Below are positions 62,203-64,000 of a stretch of 64,000 nt of DNA, piece by piece. The notes beneath the pieces are model-generated. The model had not been told where the DNA came from. It saw only the letters and a list, made by a program, of their open reading frames with translations, and made no database searches. Both the position numbers and the translations under genes were made by a program. The DNA comes from an uncultured Spirochaetota bacterium (GTDB lineage: Bacteria > Spirochaetota > Spirochaetia > SZUA-6 > Fen-1364), in NCBI GenBank assembly GCA_963745235.1, contig CAVUXE010000003.1, positions 32,001-96,000 on the forward strand. Direction: 5' to 3'. Position 1 is the first letter of the stretch. The number at the start of each line of letters is the position of its first letter.

Positions 62203-63219
62203 ATGAGACACCTCCTCAGCTACGTCATCACCAGGCTCGTCCTGGCCGTCCCCATGGTCTTCATCCTGCTGACCCTCGTGTTCGTCGTTCTGCGGGTCAT
62301 GCCGGGAGACCCGGTGGGCGCCATGCTGGGAGGTCACGCCCCGCAGAAGGTGATCGATCAGAAGAAAGAGGAGCTGGGGCTCAACAAGCCAATCACCGTG
62401 CAGTACGTGGAATACCTTGGCCAACTCCTCCGCCTGGACCTCGGTGAGTCGATGATCTTCAAGCAGAAAGTCAGCCAGCCCATCGTGGAGAAGCTCCCCG
62501 CCACCATCGAGCTGACCCTCGCCGGGCTTCTGGTGAGCCTTGGCATCGGCGTGCCGCTGGGGGCATACGCGGCGCAGCGGAGGCGGACAGGGCGCGACTA
62601 TGCGGCCCGGCTGTACGCGAATATCGCCTACTGCATACCGGTGTTCTGGATGGGGCTCATGTTCCAGCTGATCTTCGGGGTGTGGCTGGGGTGGTTCCCG
62701 ATTGCCGGGAGAACCGGAGCTCGCGTGGACGTCTCCTTGTTCAGCAGGACCGGCTTTTACCTCTTCGACACGCTGCGCGCTGGCAACATCGGCGCCTTCG
62801 TGGACGTCCTGTGGCACCTTGTCCTTCCCGCCGTGACTCTCGGGGTGGTGCTGTCCGGCATTTTCGTCCGCCTCACCCGGGCGAACATGCTGGACGTCCT
62901 GAAGAGCGACTATATCCTGGCAGCCCGGGCGCGGGGGATCCCCGAGCGAAGGGTGGTGTACAGCCATGGCCTGCGCAACGCGCTCATCCCGGTGGTCACA
63001 ATGCTGGGGCTCCAGTTCAGCCTCCTCCTGGCGGGGGCAATCCTCACGGAGAGCACCTTCTCATGGCCCGGCATGGGCCGCCTGCTCCTGGAACGGATCT
63101 ACCTGCGGGACTACCCGGTGATCCAGGGGGTGATCATCGTGTACACGCTTTTCGTGAGCGTCGTATCCCTCCTTGTGGACCTCCTGTACGCGGCCATTGA
63201 TCCGCGGGTGAAATACTGA
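62203..63219 (+). CDS. Peptide ABC transporter permease (DppB/OppB-type)
   Basis: MPGDP, GLNKP, DLGES, PATIEL, DYILAARARG, LRNALIP, FSWPGMG, DPRV. Confidence 0.93.
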   Translation: MRHLLSYVITRLVLAVPMVFILLTLVFVVLRVMPGDPVGAMLGGHAPQKVIDQKKEELGLNKPITVQYVEYLGQLLRLDLGESMIFKQKVSQPIVEKLPATIELTLAGLLVSLGIGVPLGAYAAQRRRTGRDYAARLYANIAYCIPVFWMGLMFQLIFGVWLGWFPIAGRTGARVDVSLFSRTGFYLFDTLRAGNIGAFVDVLWHLVLPAVTLGVVLSGIFVRLTRANMLDVLKSDYILAARARGIPERRVVYSHGLRNALIPVVTMLGLQFSLLLAGAILTESTFSWPGMGRLLLERIYLRDYPVIQGVIIVYTLFVSVVSLLVDLLYAAIDPRVKY

Positions 63220-64000
63220 TGGGCAATCAGCAGCCGCCCCGCCGCCTCCTGCGCTTTTCCCCGGCGGCAGGGATCGCGTCACTGATCAGGAAATACGGCG
63301 GAGAGTGGTGGATCCTCATGGCGGGCGCTCTCATCATCGTCTTCATCGTTTTCATGACGGCGTTCCCGCGGGTTTTCACGCGCTACAGCCCGCTGGACCA
63401 GGAGGCGGGCGGTCAGATGACGGCCCCCAGCAGGGCGCATATCATGGGGACGGACAACCTGAGCCGCGACGTGTGGGCGCGCGTGGTCTACGGAGCGCAG
63501 ACCATCCTGGGGGTCGCCCTGGCCGCGGCCCTGATGTCCGCGTTGATCGGCATTCCCCTTGGCCTGCTCTCCGGCTTTGCCGGCGGCATCTTCGACCGGA
63601 TCCTTTCCCTCGTCATGGACTCCGTGTATTCGTTCCCGGGGCTGATCCTCGCAATCGCCTTTGCCGCCATGCTGGGTCCCGGGGTCATCAACATCACCCT
63701 CGCGGTGGCCGTGGTCTATATTCCCACATACTTCCGCCTGGTGCGCGGCCAGACCCTGTCCATCAAGGAAGAGGTCTACGTGGAAGCGGCTCGGGCCATC
63801 GGCGCCCGACGCCCGACCATTCTCAGCCGCTACGTGTTCCCCAACGTGATCGCCACCGTGGTCGTGATATTCTCCCTGAACATCGCGGATGCCATCATGA
63901 CCGAGGCAGCGCTTTCCTACATCGGGCTGGGGCTCCCCGCGGGAATTCCGGACTGGGGGATGGACCTTTCCATGGGGAAGAAGTTCCTTCCATCCGGCAT
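63219..64000 (+). CDS. Peptide ABC transporter permease (DppC/OppC-type); 3' end runs off the window
   Basis: Manual translation from ATG 63219: HIMGTDNLSRDVWARVVYG...RLVRGQTLSIKEEVYVEAARAIG...EAALSYIGLG. Confidence 0.9.
   Translation, partial: MGNQQPPRRLLRFSPAAGIASLIRKYGGEWWILMAGALIIVFIVFMTAFPRVFTRYSPLDQEAGGQMTAPSRAHIMGTDNLSRDVWARVVYGAQTILGVALAAALMSALIGIPLGLLSGFAGGIFDRILSLVMDSVYSFPGLILAIAFAAMLGPGVINITLAVAVVYIPTYFRLVRGQTLSIKEEVYVEAARAIGARRPTILSRYVFPNVIATVVVIFSLNIADAIMTEAALSYIGLGLPAGIPDWGMDLSMGKKFLPSG

Overview
High-GC bacterial chromosomal region with about 55 genes. It most likely comes from a free-living anaerobic spirochaete (inference from FapA, a STAS-zinc-ribbon protein, Asp-type MurA, the ctpA-rsmE-wecG order, and SOR plus ferritin). 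The left half (1-32 kb) is accessory and regulatory: ABC transporters, MATE, two c-di-GMP phosphodiesterase-type proteins, a BlaI/M56 signalling module, an acyl-CoA dehydratase activase with a NarL-type two-component system, a DUF222-HNH gene, an orphan ECF sigma factor, a sugar ABC-UroD/MtaA cluster, Ada/Ogt, a xylose-isomerase-like enzyme and a membrane LuxR regulator. The right half is mostly housekeeping and envelope genes: nifS-nifU, lgt, fapA, ctpA, rsmE, a pspA cluster, murA, SOR-ferritin and a peptide ABC transporter. I saw no rRNA, tRNA, CRISPR array, integrase or transposase. About 13 single-base frameshifts, two of them in murA, are most simply assembly errors. The best candidate for an undescribed system is 8.3-13.3 kb. 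There a BlaI repressor and an M56 sensor with an NTF2-like (not penicillin-binding) domain share an unusual operator with an ankyrin lipoprotein gene, with the same promoter geometry at both ends (TTGACA-N14-TGCTYAAAATTAAGCA). The two converging units end in tail-to-tail paralogous LivJ-type lipoproteins. All family assignments are from motif recognition by eye, not from database searches.
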